A DNA stretch of 64,000 nucleotides from Schmidtea polychroa. Lineage: Eukaryota. The position numbers were made by a program, and so were the translations under genes. The DNA lies in assembly GCA_044892525.1 (NCBI GenBank), contig CM097885.1, positions 15,254,001-15,318,000 of the forward strand, given 5' to 3'. Below are positions 51,808-64,000 of this stretch, in pieces; within the stretch, counting starts at the first letter, position 1; each line of letters opens with the position of its first letter. The notes below the pieces were generated by a model that saw only the letters and a program-made list of their open reading frames with translations, had not been told where the DNA came from and searched no databases.

Positions 51808-52294
51808 AATTTATTATTGTGTACATGATTTAATGTAAATAGAAAGAGTTGCATAGTGGATGAAGATACTTAATGAATATAGGTTGGTACTTGGTACCTA
51901 GTAGTTGGTTGAAATGTCTAGAGGATTGTGTGGTCTGTACAGTTCTTTCCAAGGATATAAGAAGAAAGAAATAGTACACATTTTACTATTAGCACTAAGA
52001 AGACCGTACTATAAGCAAATTTGTGATGAAGAATAAACTTTTACATTTATCTTTAATTGTTATTATTTTTATGTGTTTGTTAGTACCGTTTGTAAGTACT
52101 TGGTTGAATTATTATTATTGTTATCATTAATATTCACAAAAATTTATTTCATAAAACGTTGCTTTAAAAATATCCTTTGAAAGTTCACTTGAAAAAGGCA
52201 GTGCTGAGAATTCGTGAATATCAAAAACATCTATTAAATCTTTCTTCGTGATTAGTTTTGAATTGAGAAAATACAAAGTAATGATTTATTCTCT

Positions 52295-52545
52295 TTAGAT
52301 TAAAACTTTACAATTATAAAATTCTTTACTCAAATAAGTTTGTAAATTAGCTGGTTTACCGTCTTTAAACATTGTTTTTATTGCAACAGTCATTTCATTA
52401 GCAGATAGTTCAAGCATAGTTCGAACAAATCTACTAGCAACATGAATACATGTCAAAATATATTTGTAACCCTTGTTAATTTTAGAAAATGAAATCATTT
52501 CCATTAAATCCATTTTCCACAAATCATTGATACCATGTTTTATAT
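52295..52545 (-). pseudogene. Degraded Polinton-type retroviral-like integrase fragment outside the element
   Basis: GINDLWKMDLMEM...NKGYKYILTCIHVASRF...PANLQTYLSKEFYN matches W..DL.DM...N.GYKYIL..ID.FS...P..LQTD.G.EFYN; the second catalytic Asp is Tyr. Confidence 0.85.
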
Positions 52546-52931
52546 GCTCCTGCAGTAAATAAAAATTTTGGGAAAATCAATAAGAATCTAAGTTGCAATG
52601 GAAATATATTCATCAATAATCAAAATTGTTGTTTTCATGATGCCTTTGAAAAAATAATTTAACGCAACAATGAATATGGTTTAGCTAGGTACCCAATTAT
52701 AATCAAATATATATATACTTTTGTATTGTAATTAAATAGTTTTTTGTGCGTATATGTCTTGTGTGTGTATATTATGAAGTGTGATAGAACCCAGCCGAGT
52801 CTCCTTTAAAAGAACTGTGTCGGGACAGCTGGGGTGCGTGTATGTAATGTGGCAGATATAATATAAAATAAATCAGTTAATTCAATTTCAACTTTTATTA
52901 TCATAAAAAGAATTTAAATAATAAAAATGCA

Positions 52932-53151
52932 CTTTATTGCCAATGTTCTAATACTTTTGTTTATTGCCAATTCTTTATTGCCAATTCTTTATTGCCAATT
53001 CTTTATATGCCTTTTCTTTATAGCCAATTCTTTATTGACAATTCTTTATTGCCAAATCTTTATTGCCAATTCTTTACTGCCAATGCTTTATTGCTAATTC
53101 TTTATTGCCTTTTCTTTATAGCCAATTCTTTATTGCCTTTTCTTTATTGCC
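52932..53151. repeat. Degenerate 14-bp minisatellite (TTCTTTATTGCCAA)n
   Basis: Directly visible. Confidence 0.9.
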
Positions 53152-53861
53152 AGTGTTCGACAAATTTCAATTTATAATATTCTAATATTCAACCAATTTC
53201 TAATAGTTAACTTAATTTTTTTCTATCGATTTTTATTTGTTTTCGATATTTTTATTTAGCGATAATTCACTATGGTAAATTATCGCTATATAGTTTTTTT
53301 TATCTTTTTTTACAAGCAACGTGTGCCAACAGGAATAACCAACATTAAAAAATATAATTTAACAATACATTATAAACACAAAAAAATATTGCAATACTTT
53401 TACACATACAATTGTAACAAAATATGGAGTAACTCTCAAATTGTCAAACAGGATTTCATGGTTGCCTACTTTCAGAAGTATAGCAGTAAAATAGATTGTG
53501 AAGACCAGGAAGCAAATCGAAGACTCCATGCACAGTTTGAGTAAGAATTAATAGAGTCATGAGCTAAATATTTTTAAGAATACTTGGACCAAATTTCAGA
53601 ATTGTTTACATTTTTACCACACAATTTATTATTTACAAAATAGTGAACTTATATCGAATTTTCAGCCAAATGAACTTTGACCGTCATGGCCGAATTGTTG
53701 ATGTTCAGTGGACAATCATAAACCAATTCATTCGTGAAATCTGTTTTCATACAATAAGTTCTCAGAGATGTGGGAGCTCAACAGCGGCAAACTTTACTCA
53801 TCTAACCCATATATTATTTCATTGCCTAAAAGATGTAACATTATATTTATTAAAAATTTGA

Positions 53862-54020
53862 CTATGAATCAATAAAGATATCGATGTTTATTTTGACATT
53901 CACAAAATTTCGGCACAGCTTTTTTCAAGTGATTTTGATTACTTGAAAATTACTTGAAAAAAGCTGTGCCGAAAATTCGTATATTTCAAAATAAACATCG
54001 ATATCTTTACTGCTTCATAG
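53862..54020. repeat. ~160-bp imperfect palindrome (foldback/MITE core); related half-copies at about 4285 and 52185
   Basis: CTATGAA..TAAAGATATCGATGTTTATTTTGA..TTTTCGGCACAGCTTTTTTCAAGT versus its reverse complement immediately downstream. Confidence 0.85.
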
Positions 54021-56662
54021 CAGAGACCTGTACGGGCTCGGGCAAAACCGATATTTTGTTATTTCATTCGAGTTCGGATCAAGCTCGGGCTTAATTTTAA
54101 AAAGCAATCAAAAATATTTTCTTTATGAATTTTTAATATAATTTTATTTGCTCCAATGATGAATGGATTAAAATAAAATTTACGTGAAAACATTTCCTTG
54201 CTTACATGGATTTTATTTTAATTGGCCAAAACGACAGCATTTCGATACCATGGACTTGAAAATCTAGTACAAAATTCTTCATAAATATGATTTCGTCTAA
54301 TACGGTCTTTATGATTGAGCTATATTATTTTACTAAACGTCATTACTCTCAGTTTTTGACAGAAAGAATTGTTATTGTAACCCAGTGGTTCTCAACCCGT
54401 GTTCCGCGAAAAAATGACATTTTATCTTTAAATTTGCATTTAAGATACATATAATCAAAAACCTCAATTAATTTTTTATAAGATGATTCAATAAGAAAGC
54501 CGTTACACAGATATATAAGTGTTTTTATTGCTTGTTATTGTTGCGCGTGGTATTTTCTTTGCTTATACCTAATTGCGAAAGTTAACATAGCCTATAATCT
54601 AAAAAAAATAAACAAAGATATATTATAGGAACACACAAACTTACCTGTGTGTAAATATTTAATGCTGCGAAAGTTAAAATATTTATTATAGGAATCTAAA
54701 AAGTGAGAGAAAATAATTAAGCATACAAACACAGCACACATAATGAAAAATACATACAACATTAATAAAGTGATTTTTTTCCGAAATTAACATTGATTAA
54801 CATATAATTAACATATTAATATTTTCAAATTTTTTTAAAAGTTATGCACAAAAAAACTTTTGAATCAGAATCCGACTGCTCTACCTTGAAAAGAAAATAC
54901 ATCGTAAGATTTAATTATAAAATAATTTAGAATATAAAATTTCTTTAGATTTACAGATATTGAAGAAGGTCATTCGACATCTTTGAATTTGCAGAAAAAT
55001 CGCAAATCGTAAATTTTAATAAATTATTTTAACAAATTAATATTTTCATAGAATTACAGAAAATGACAAAATTCAAAAGAAGATTACGAAAACTTAAAAA
55101 ACTATTTTATCCATTCTTTCCTAAATGTCTTAAAAAATAAATGTTTGGTGATTACTTTATTTATTTATAATTATAAAAATATCTAACTTACATTTTTACG
55201 AAATAAATCCAAATAAATCCAAATAAAATGTCATAAAATTCCTAAAAACACCTGAAATATAATTATCAATGTTATATTATAAATGATGACTAACATAATA
55301 TTTAAGAATTTGAATAATGATCTCATAATTATATCAAATCAAAATTCAAGTCCTAAAATTTACTTAAATTCAAAAACTTACCTTAAAACGATTTTTGAAA
55401 AATAGAAAAAATGAAATTAATTTAACATTGTCATATAAATGGTGACTCACCTCAACTGGTGTGCACACCAACGTATATTATAGGCAATGTTAACTTTCGC
55501 AAACCGGTGTATAAGAAGGCATTGTTTACGTTTACGACATATTTATAGTAATTTGTGATTGGTCACTCATTGTGGGCAAGTATTTTTTTGTCTGTGTTCC
55601 GCGTAAAAAAATCACGAGCTTTTATATTAATTGAGATCCACTGTTGTAAGCGATTTAAACGATATATTAACGTTAACACATTTCTGTGGTATTTAAATCG
55701 GCGCGCCACCAAAACATAGACTTCTAGATAATCAACAACAAAATAATCAACTTCTAATTCATCTATTGGCGAAAACATCTACTGTCTAAAACATCGAGTC
55801 CAAAACAACAACAAATACATCGATTGTCAATAAAATCTACTTTTAAAACTTCTAAAACATCGAGTTTTAAAACATCTATAAATTAAAATTAAATTAATTG
55901 AGGTTAATTAAACTTTCATCTGATATTAAAATTTGTTGAATTAATTAAATTGATGAAAATATAACGAAAATGTTTCGCGGCACACTGGTTGGGAAGCTAT
56001 GATATAAACATTTACATTTTGTCTGAGTTTATCCGACAAAGTATTTTGACCCCCGAGGAGTACAGGTCACATGGGGACTGGTCGTACTCAACACACACAC
56101 ACCACACCCGCACGATTCGTGTAAAAGTCTTTTTTTAGGAAGAAAAGTACACACGAACGATACTTTAAGATACAACAGAGGAGTATTAAAATTTGTTGAA
56201 TTAATTAAATTGATGAAAATATAACGAAAAGAGATGGTTTCAAAATTAAACAAATTGAAAAAAACTATTAAAATTAAAAAAAATGATGAGAGCATTTAAT
56301 TAAAAAAGGTTTTTTAAACTCGATGTTTTAGGCGATTGATGTTCTTGCCTTTTATTACTAGATGTTATTGACAGTTGATGTTTTTGACAGTAGATGTTTT
56401 CGACAATAGATGTTTTAAGGCTAAAAGTAGATCTTTTCACACTCGATGTTTTAAAAATCGATGTACTAGAAGTCGATTTTATGAGGTGACCCGATTTAAA
56501 TCATATAAGCAATAAGCATATGTACTCCTGGCGTTATATTGATATATAAATAATATAAACATCGTAATTGTGCTTTCTTTATGATATTTATAATATTTAA
56601 GCTTGACTTTCATTTTTTCGGGTCGGGTCGGGTAAATGTTTTACTGCCTGTGCAGGTATCTG
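54021..56662. mobile_element. hAT-like non-autonomous element containing further nested insertions
   Basis: TIRs CAGAGACCTGTAC / GTGCAGGTATCTG, subterminal TCGGG repeats, degenerate flanking duplication TTCATAG/TTCATTG. Confidence 0.6.
55699..56493. mobile_element. Foldback/MULE-like element with repeat-rich TIRs
   Basis: Flanked by ATTTAAAT on both sides; AAAACATC(G/T)A repeats on the left and T(C/A)GATGTTTT repeats on the right. Confidence 0.65.
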
Positions 56663-56801
56663 TTCATTGTCAATATTTTAATAAATATGTCAGTTGAAAA
56701 GAAATCAGAGGTTAAATCGAAAAAAGTTCTTATAATAGATGATATAAGATAAAATTATTTTATTTTTAATAAATCTTTATATTAGGCAAATTATTTAGTT
56801 T

Positions 56802-57777
56802 TGTTGAGGTAATAAAATAATCAGATAAATTGATAGAAATAAAAATTAAATATTAAAATTAAATAATATTTATTAGAATTGAATTATATTTATAATTAAA
56901 TGATGTGAAAATTCGGTAAGGGATTGAATAGATAGTGTAAAGAAATAAAAAGAGAACAAAGGTGTGAGAAAGTGTATAGGTGAAAAGCACAAAAATGTGA
57001 ATTGTTAAAAATCGATAAAAGATTCAAATGTTCGAATTAAAATCTGGAAAATTGTTCATAGGAGGGACAAGTAGCGAGGAATGACATGGTGATAGCGGAT
57101 TTTTCAGAAAGTGCCAGGAAGAGTGCGAAAAGGTGCATAATAGTTAAAAACAAAAAAAACGAAATAGATTAATTAATTAATTAGCGAGTAGAAAGAAACA
57201 CCGAATTGGGTAAACAAGGAGAAAAACAAACAGAAGGAAATTTTAGGCCCATTATCTTGTCACTATGATTAATGGGAGAAGACCAAGAGAAGATAATGCA
57301 TGCAGAGAAACTTGATCGGGCTATTGATTATTTTGGTTCGTTGGAGTATTTCAGGTGACAGCCGAGGCAGGGATGTGAAGCTGAATGACAGGAGAGAGAT
57401 TGGCTTGACAATAACGATTTGTTATTTCGATTTTGAAGAGTATAAAAGGAAGGGGAAAATCTGAAAAAGCTGGCATTTTTGCTCTAGGTAGGGATTTTAA
57501 GAAGAAATTCGAGACTAGGCGAAGATATTCAAAACGCAGTGAAACTTATTGGAAGGATCAACAATAATGAGGTGAATATTAATAAAGATTTTGAGAAAGC
57601 ATCAACACCGATCAAAGGATAGGTCAAACTCATAAAACTTTGGTCATCGATTGTATTTTGTTGAGAGAAAAATATTTTTGTGATTCAATATACGTTGGGT
57701 AGTGTCTTATTTGTGATTTTCAATGAAAGGGACATTAGGAATCAGAGAGTACCTACTCAAATTAATAAAACCCAACA
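56802..57777 (+). mobile_element. Solo LTR (TG...CA) with 4-bp TSD GTTT, Gypsy-type
   Basis: GTTT|TGTTGAGG...AAAACCCAACA|GTTT; internal TATAAAAG and AATAAA. Confidence 0.8.
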
Positions 57778-58601
57778 GTTTTATTGTAGGGGAGATGTGA
57801 GACACTTGATCTCCTTTTTATTTTCTGTCTATAACTCGATGTCTTTTAATGATAGAAATTTTTAACTTGGTTGAAGTGTAATTTATTTATTTCAAATAAA
57901 TACATAGTCTACAGAATGTTTACATAAATGTGTTTTAGTTCTCCCAGGTAGGCCATTCAAAGTGCGCCAACGTTTTTTAAGCATAAAATAACTGCTGATA
58001 AAGCTTTTTAATAAATTTTTAATATTATGAGGTACAATAAAAAAGTTCACTTTCCAAAAAATCAAGTAAACAGCACGCGGAAATTACAATGAACCTAAAC
58101 ACAATGTTTGTCGTAAACAGCTCTTTGATATCTGGTTTATTTCCACATTGGGCGTGTCAACATCGACTTCAGACGAAAAATAACCAAAAAGAATAAAAAG
58201 TGAAAAATTTGAAATTGGGATCAAATGTTCCACATCTCCACTATATTTTAATGTAAAATTATTATTATTATTATTATTTTACATAATTTTTAATAAATTT
58301 GTAATAACTTTATCACTGAAATTTATCATTATATTTATGAATTCAATACGAAAATCATAATAATAGTAGCAAATATTTTTGATGAGCAGTTTATTGAAGA
58401 ATTTAATGTAATTGATTATTTATGTTAAAAAGAAAAATTTAATTTGGCTCGGCTTAGCGCAGCTTAAAAATATTCTATTTAAACAAATAAAAGTAGTATA
58501 TCATTTAAACACGAATAGATAGGTATAGATTAAACGAATTAAAAATTAAAAAAAATAATAATATCAAATTAATATCAATTTAATTATTTATTTTTTAGTA
58601 A

Positions 58602-59561
58602 TGTTGAGGTTTTAAAAGTGAATTATTAAATTATATAGTTCAGATTAAAAAAAAACCGAAATTGAATGGCGGTCAAGCAGAGAAGCAATGGCAAAGAAAG
58701 ATACGGTAAAAACAGAACTATAAAGAGGTACAATCAGACACGAAATGGGAAAATGCGCAAATCTGAGAAAGTGGAATAAAGTGAAAAGTTATCGAAATTG
58801 AAGCTGGAAAACGGGAGACGAGTATATTAGGGGATGGTGAAGAAGAAATTATTAGAAAATGTTTAGAAATGGTCGTAAAACAGACAAATGTGAAAAAACG
58901 TAAAATATTAATTAATTAATTAATTGGCTAATGGGAAACCCGAGCCAATGGATAACCCGAGTGATGAAGAAAGCCCGAGCACGGCAATTTGGAAGGATTA
59001 ACAAACGAGGAATTCAGACGGCAATTACTCAAACAACCGGATAAACGAGGGTAAACAAAAGAAGGGCAATTACGAAGAGGGATAACAGAAATAGCTAATT
59101 AGGGTATGATAACCAAAGAAGTCAAAACCAATTAGGTCAAAAATGAGGCAATTACAAAGATTCTGGGAGCATATAAAAAACTCAAAATTCACATAATCGG
59201 CGGTAGCCTTAGGTAGGGAAGAGGAAACAGACGATAGGAGTTTGAGGAATAAAATAAAAGGAAAAGAATTATAAGAGGAATCGAGGAGTCAGAAAGGAAT
59301 AGTAAAAGAGTTCGGATCAAAGGGCGGAATCAAACAAAAAGGTGAAACTATTTTTTTAAATCGTACAAAGTCGAGATCTTCCAGAGCGAAGTTCGATCGG
59401 AAATTGTAAGAAGATCGTGGGTAACTGAAAGTGTTGTTATTGATCGAGAATTGTAAACTTTATATAAAACAAATATACGTTGGGAGTTGTGTTTATTAAT
59501 TTTTGGAACACGTGGAGTCAGAGTAACCAACGGTCGATCTTTGATATCATAAAACCCAACA
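58602..59561 (+). mobile_element. Solo LTR, same family
   Basis: GTAA|TGTTGAGG...GGAGTCAGAGTAACC...AAAACCCAACA|GAAA; internal TATAAAAA. Confidence 0.7.
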
Positions 59562-61854
59562 GAAACATAATCACGGCATATAAACTTTTAAATAAAAATT
59601 GTAATCTGTTCATGTTGAGGTTGGGATAGCCCAAATGACATAATATATAGGTAGAGTGAGCTAAATTTGTAGAAAATTATAAATAGGATATTTTAATTAC
59701 AATAAATAGATTATGGAAATAAATTATGCCTTTCGATAGTTAAAATATAAAATTAGTAACAGTTAATTATCAAAATTAGGAAAAATATAAGTAATTATAA
59801 ATTTATAACTAGCTAAAAATAGTAATTAATTATGGTTAAAAAAATACAAATAAGAAACAAAAAAATAATATAAATTAATTGAAAAATTTAGTTAGAAACG
59901 ACCATATTACGATCGAAAAAAACTTATTTTAGTTATTTTAGTTTTATTCTGAGTCAATATTGTCAGTAGCGTAGCATAGATCAGCGATGAGATAACCAAA
60001 TAGACCTAGCGTTTGAAAACTTAATTCATAGGACATTAACTTAAATTATATTTACTTATTTATATTATATCTTTGGTGTCAGATAAAATTCTGTGTTAGA
60101 ATCGAATATCAGATCCACTAGATCGATCCTAACGCTCAATTAAATAAGAGAAAACCATTATTTAAAAAATATTTTTGAAATATTTTACGACAGTTCCACT
60201 AAAATAGTCAATTTCAATAAAAACAATTATATTTATAGGTTTACTAATAATTACATAATTATATGTGTGGAATCCAATAAAATTTATTAATCATAAAAAA
60301 ATTAATTAAAAGCTTTAAAATGCACGTGTTTAATGAATTTTGAATGTTGATTTCTAGGTTCTATAATAGTGGGTCAGCTCAAATTCTTTAATTCTCCTTC
60401 CTCTGTCATCCAACACCAGTCTATACAATGTATGTGGCATTACCAGGCCCTAGTGGAAGAGGAGCCAGGAGACCACTGACCCCAGGCCCCAATTCTTAAA
60501 AATTTCATTTGAAGAAAAATGTTTTAAAAAATAAAATATATTTTTTTGAAATGCAATGATTCGAAAATGGACTAATGATATAAGTCCTTTCCTCTTATAT
60601 ATCAATCTAACGTGTTTTTACATAAATTAGGTTGATCTAAGATTATGAAAGTCAATGAATAACATAAGAGTTATTTTAGATATATGATTCAAGATATTTG
60701 TATATTAATGATATCTCATGCGAGGTGGGTAAAGTTGGGGCCTGTAATTTAAACTCAACTAATGTGGAATTTGATAAAAAAATTTAAATTTCAATACAAT
60801 TTATTAATATTTGGTAAAAATATTAAATGAAATGGCTTGAAATATTTCAAAAAATTTCCAGTTGAAATTTTATATTTTAAATTGTCAGTACTAAACTGAA
60901 TGAAAGTTTGTTTACATTGTTTGTGCTTCACTTTAATAAAAAGTAATTTTAAAGAATTTTAATCATAACAAAATGCCGCATTACATCCACTAAAAATTAG
61001 TTGGATTTAATTGTTAGTGACCACATCTCCGGTTTCACTTTTTGTCAACATATCTCCGATCTCCTGTGGGGTCAAACCATTTCCGGGTTTTTTTATATCA
61101 GTTAGTTAAAAATATTTTAACTCAGAAATTTGAAATTATACATTCATGCTCGATCAGATTTAATTATACAGGCTTTATGAAGCCGAAAATATACGTTTAA
61201 ATTTAATAAATAATTTTTTTATTTTAATAAAATCTTTATCCAATTATAATCATGAATAAAATGAGAGAAAAAATAAGCAGAAATAAATTATCCGTTTATA
61301 TTCAAATTTTCAGGGTGATTGTAAAATAAGGGTAGTTACTCTAATCTTTGTTATTATAATTACACACAAAATAAATTATATCTTGTAATCTATTTTGTAT
61401 TTTAATTTAACCAAATAATACTAAATACCAATCATAGGCCAATTTAGCAACAGGCCCGCGGATATTATATTACATCATCAATTATTTAGAATATGCATCA
61501 TTGCAGTTTTCCTTTCTGATATTATTCTTGTTTCCGATACAACCAAATCTAAAGCCGTCACTGATATCAATCATAAAACAAACTAATTATTTCAAAGCAA
61601 CATTTTATAAGCTAATGGAAATCAAAAAATCAATATTTTTATATTAAAAATTTATTTACTCTTGATTAAAGTTATATTTTTGCAACATATATTTAAATTT
61701 AAAAAATTTCAAAATCAGGAACTTCGTCAATTTTAATGTAAAATACAACAAAATGTCATTGTTTAAGTATTTCAATAATTAAATATAACTGAACATTATT
61801 TTGAATATTCTTATTTTTTATTGACTTTGTAATTTTGGTACTTAACATTAAGGC

Positions 61855-62331
61855 ATGGAAGAAATTGAAAAGGAAGTAGATGAGCTAAATAAAGAATTGG
61901 CAAACCTTAAAGTATATATTTTTAAAATATATTTTCTCTCAAATTTCCAATTTAGGAAATTCATAATGATTATATGAATAACGTTGATATAGTTAAAAGC
62001 AAACAGAAAAAATGTGCAGAAGGCCTAAGACATCAAACTTATCGAATGAAACAACTAAACAGTGATTTATTAAAGTAAATTTGCTTGGTTTTGATATTAT
62101 CAATAATTGACTTTAGATTAAAATCTATAGATAATATTGAAAAGATTGAAAAATTACAGGAAGATTTAAAATCTCGTAAACTTTATTTGCGAGAAATTGA
62201 AGAAACATTACCTAGAAAGAATGGGTAATTAGTTTTAGACAATTATCAAATTTAATGTTACTTATATCTAGCGTCTACTTGAATATTGTCATTGGACATG
62301 TTAACGTATCTTTGCTTAGTAAAGATGACAA
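61855..62331 (+). CDS. TMEM120: TMEM120 (TACAN/TMPIT family), first four coding exons (61855-61911, 61956-62074, 62117-62224, 62272-62331); continues beyond the window
   Basis: Spliced translation is a coiled-coil N-terminus followed by EETLPRKNGVYLNIVIGHVNVSLLSKDDK. GT-AG introns are 44, 42 and 47 nt. Confidence 0.9.
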
Positions 62332-62639
62332 GTTAGTGTTTTAATTTAATGTATTTTCTGTACTTTAAATTAATTATTTCAACTCATTGGATTTGTAGTA
62401 ATTTTATGTTGATAATTGTCAATGTGAGATAGAATGTTGCAATGCAAAACTATTGATATGCTCAACACTTCGGATTATTAAAATTTAATAATTTTTCAAT
62501 GACATCAACAAATAAATTTTGTTATGTTGACAATAAATACTTTCAATTTATGATTAAAGGATAAATTGCTAGGCAACCCATAATTTTCATTTCGTATGAC
62601 GCCGACACGTTTCACGATAGGCATTCCTTTCCATTGACA

Positions 62640-63310
62640 TGTATCACATGTGATTCATGTTGAATATGGATGCATCACATATGATACATGTTGCTTGTTC
62701 ATGCACGACATGTGATTCACATGGAATATTCATGCATCACATGTGATTCATGTTGAATATTCACGCATCATATGTGATTCATATTATATATTCATGCATC
62801 ACATGTGATTCATATTATATATTCATGCATCACACGTGATTCATGTTGAATATTCACGCATCATATGTGATTCATATTATATATTCATGCATCACGTGTG
62901 ATTCATATTATATATTCATGCATCACATGTGATTCATGTTATATATTCATGCATCACATGTGATTCATGTTATATATTCATGCATCACATGTGATTCATA
63001 TTATATATTCATGCATCACACGTGATTCATGTTAAATATTCACGCATCATATGTGATTCATATTATATAATCATGCATCACATGTGATTCATATTATATA
63101 TTCATGCATCACGTGTGATTCATATTATATATTCACGCATCATATGTGATTCATATTATATATTCATGCATCACGTGGGATTCATATTATATATTCATGC
63201 ATCACGTGTGATTCATGTTGAATATGCATGCATCTTATTTTATTAAATGGAATATTAATTTCATGCATCACATCTGATTCATGTTGCATATTCTTGCAGC
63301 ATATGTGATT
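62640..63310. repeat. 31-bp minisatellite (about 20 copies) with palindromic ATCACATGTGAT core, in the presumed TMEM120 intron
   Basis: Unit TTCATATTATATATTCATGCATCACATGTGA; period 31 (62780, 62811). Confidence 0.93.
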
Positions 63311-64000
63311 CATTTTGAATATCAATATATCCTTCGTATTTCAATAAATCTTTACCATCCTACTTACAAGTGACATTATAAACTTAGGTAATTATCTTTA
63401 TTTGAAACCTAACCATATTTTCTGCATCCAATAATAGAGGAGTGTAGAGAAAATTCAGTCATATATAATATGAAGCATTTTATGAGCCTTTCAAACTAAT
63501 CTTACGAAGAAAAGTGATGAATATAAAAAGCCAAAAGTGCACCGGTATTGTATGTGAACAGTGAATGTATGAACCAATTCATTTATTATAATATAGCTAC
63601 TAAATATTAGATATACAAAGTCAACAATTGATCTATGAATTCTACAATTTATATATTTTGTAATTTTACTCTTCATAAATTCATTTAGAACTTCATAAAT
63701 AATAACTTATTATTAAATTTAGTGATTAAAGTTACGTATTCAATTGAATAAAATTAAACATTTTCAACATCTGTACTTGCAGATTGGAATAAATAAATAT
63801 TAGGCAAGCATTATTAGAATTAGATTGTTTTTTAATGCAATTGTTATCAAAATGATGGACTAATATAATAATTAGCAGAACTTTATATATATTCTGACTC
63901 GTCCTAAAAATTTGAGAATATTTTCTTTTTTCAACCAAATTTTCATTTATTGTATTGCTTGATTTCACAGGAAGCAGGACATTATCCCCCGTGACATCCG

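Overview
Very AT-rich animal genomic DNA with minimal introns of about 42-60 nt; a planarian-like invertebrate is my inference, not something the sequence proves. Recognisable host genes are the 3' exons of a torsin, an intronless guanylate kinase, a TMEM179-like membrane protein, a head-to-head pair of APMAP/strictosidine-synthase-like genes and the first four exons of TMEM120. They sit among dense transposon debris (hAT, pogo/Tigger, Merlin, piggyBac, MULE, Gypsy-type solo LTRs). The dominant feature is a 14,171-bp integrated Polinton/Maverick (adintovirus-like) element at 37637-51807, with AG...CT ends and a perfect 6-bp target-site duplication (AATTTA). It encodes a protein-primed PolB (one in-frame stop), an intact major capsid protein, a small basic core-like protein, an adenain-type protease and only the C-terminal tail of the minor capsid protein. 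Its left ~4.5 kb is an inverted copy of its right end, including 940 bp of PolB, and no integrase or packaging ATPase is present, so it resembles a copy-back defective virus genome. The very long inverted arms carry an AP-1 palindrome, 16-18 AGGTCA nuclear-receptor half-sites with G-runs, an octamer repeat and a candidate three-exon spliced mini-gene. Also notable are a decayed Polinton-type integrase just outside the right end and a frameshifted, compact, virus-like Bcl-2 gene at 2436-2802.
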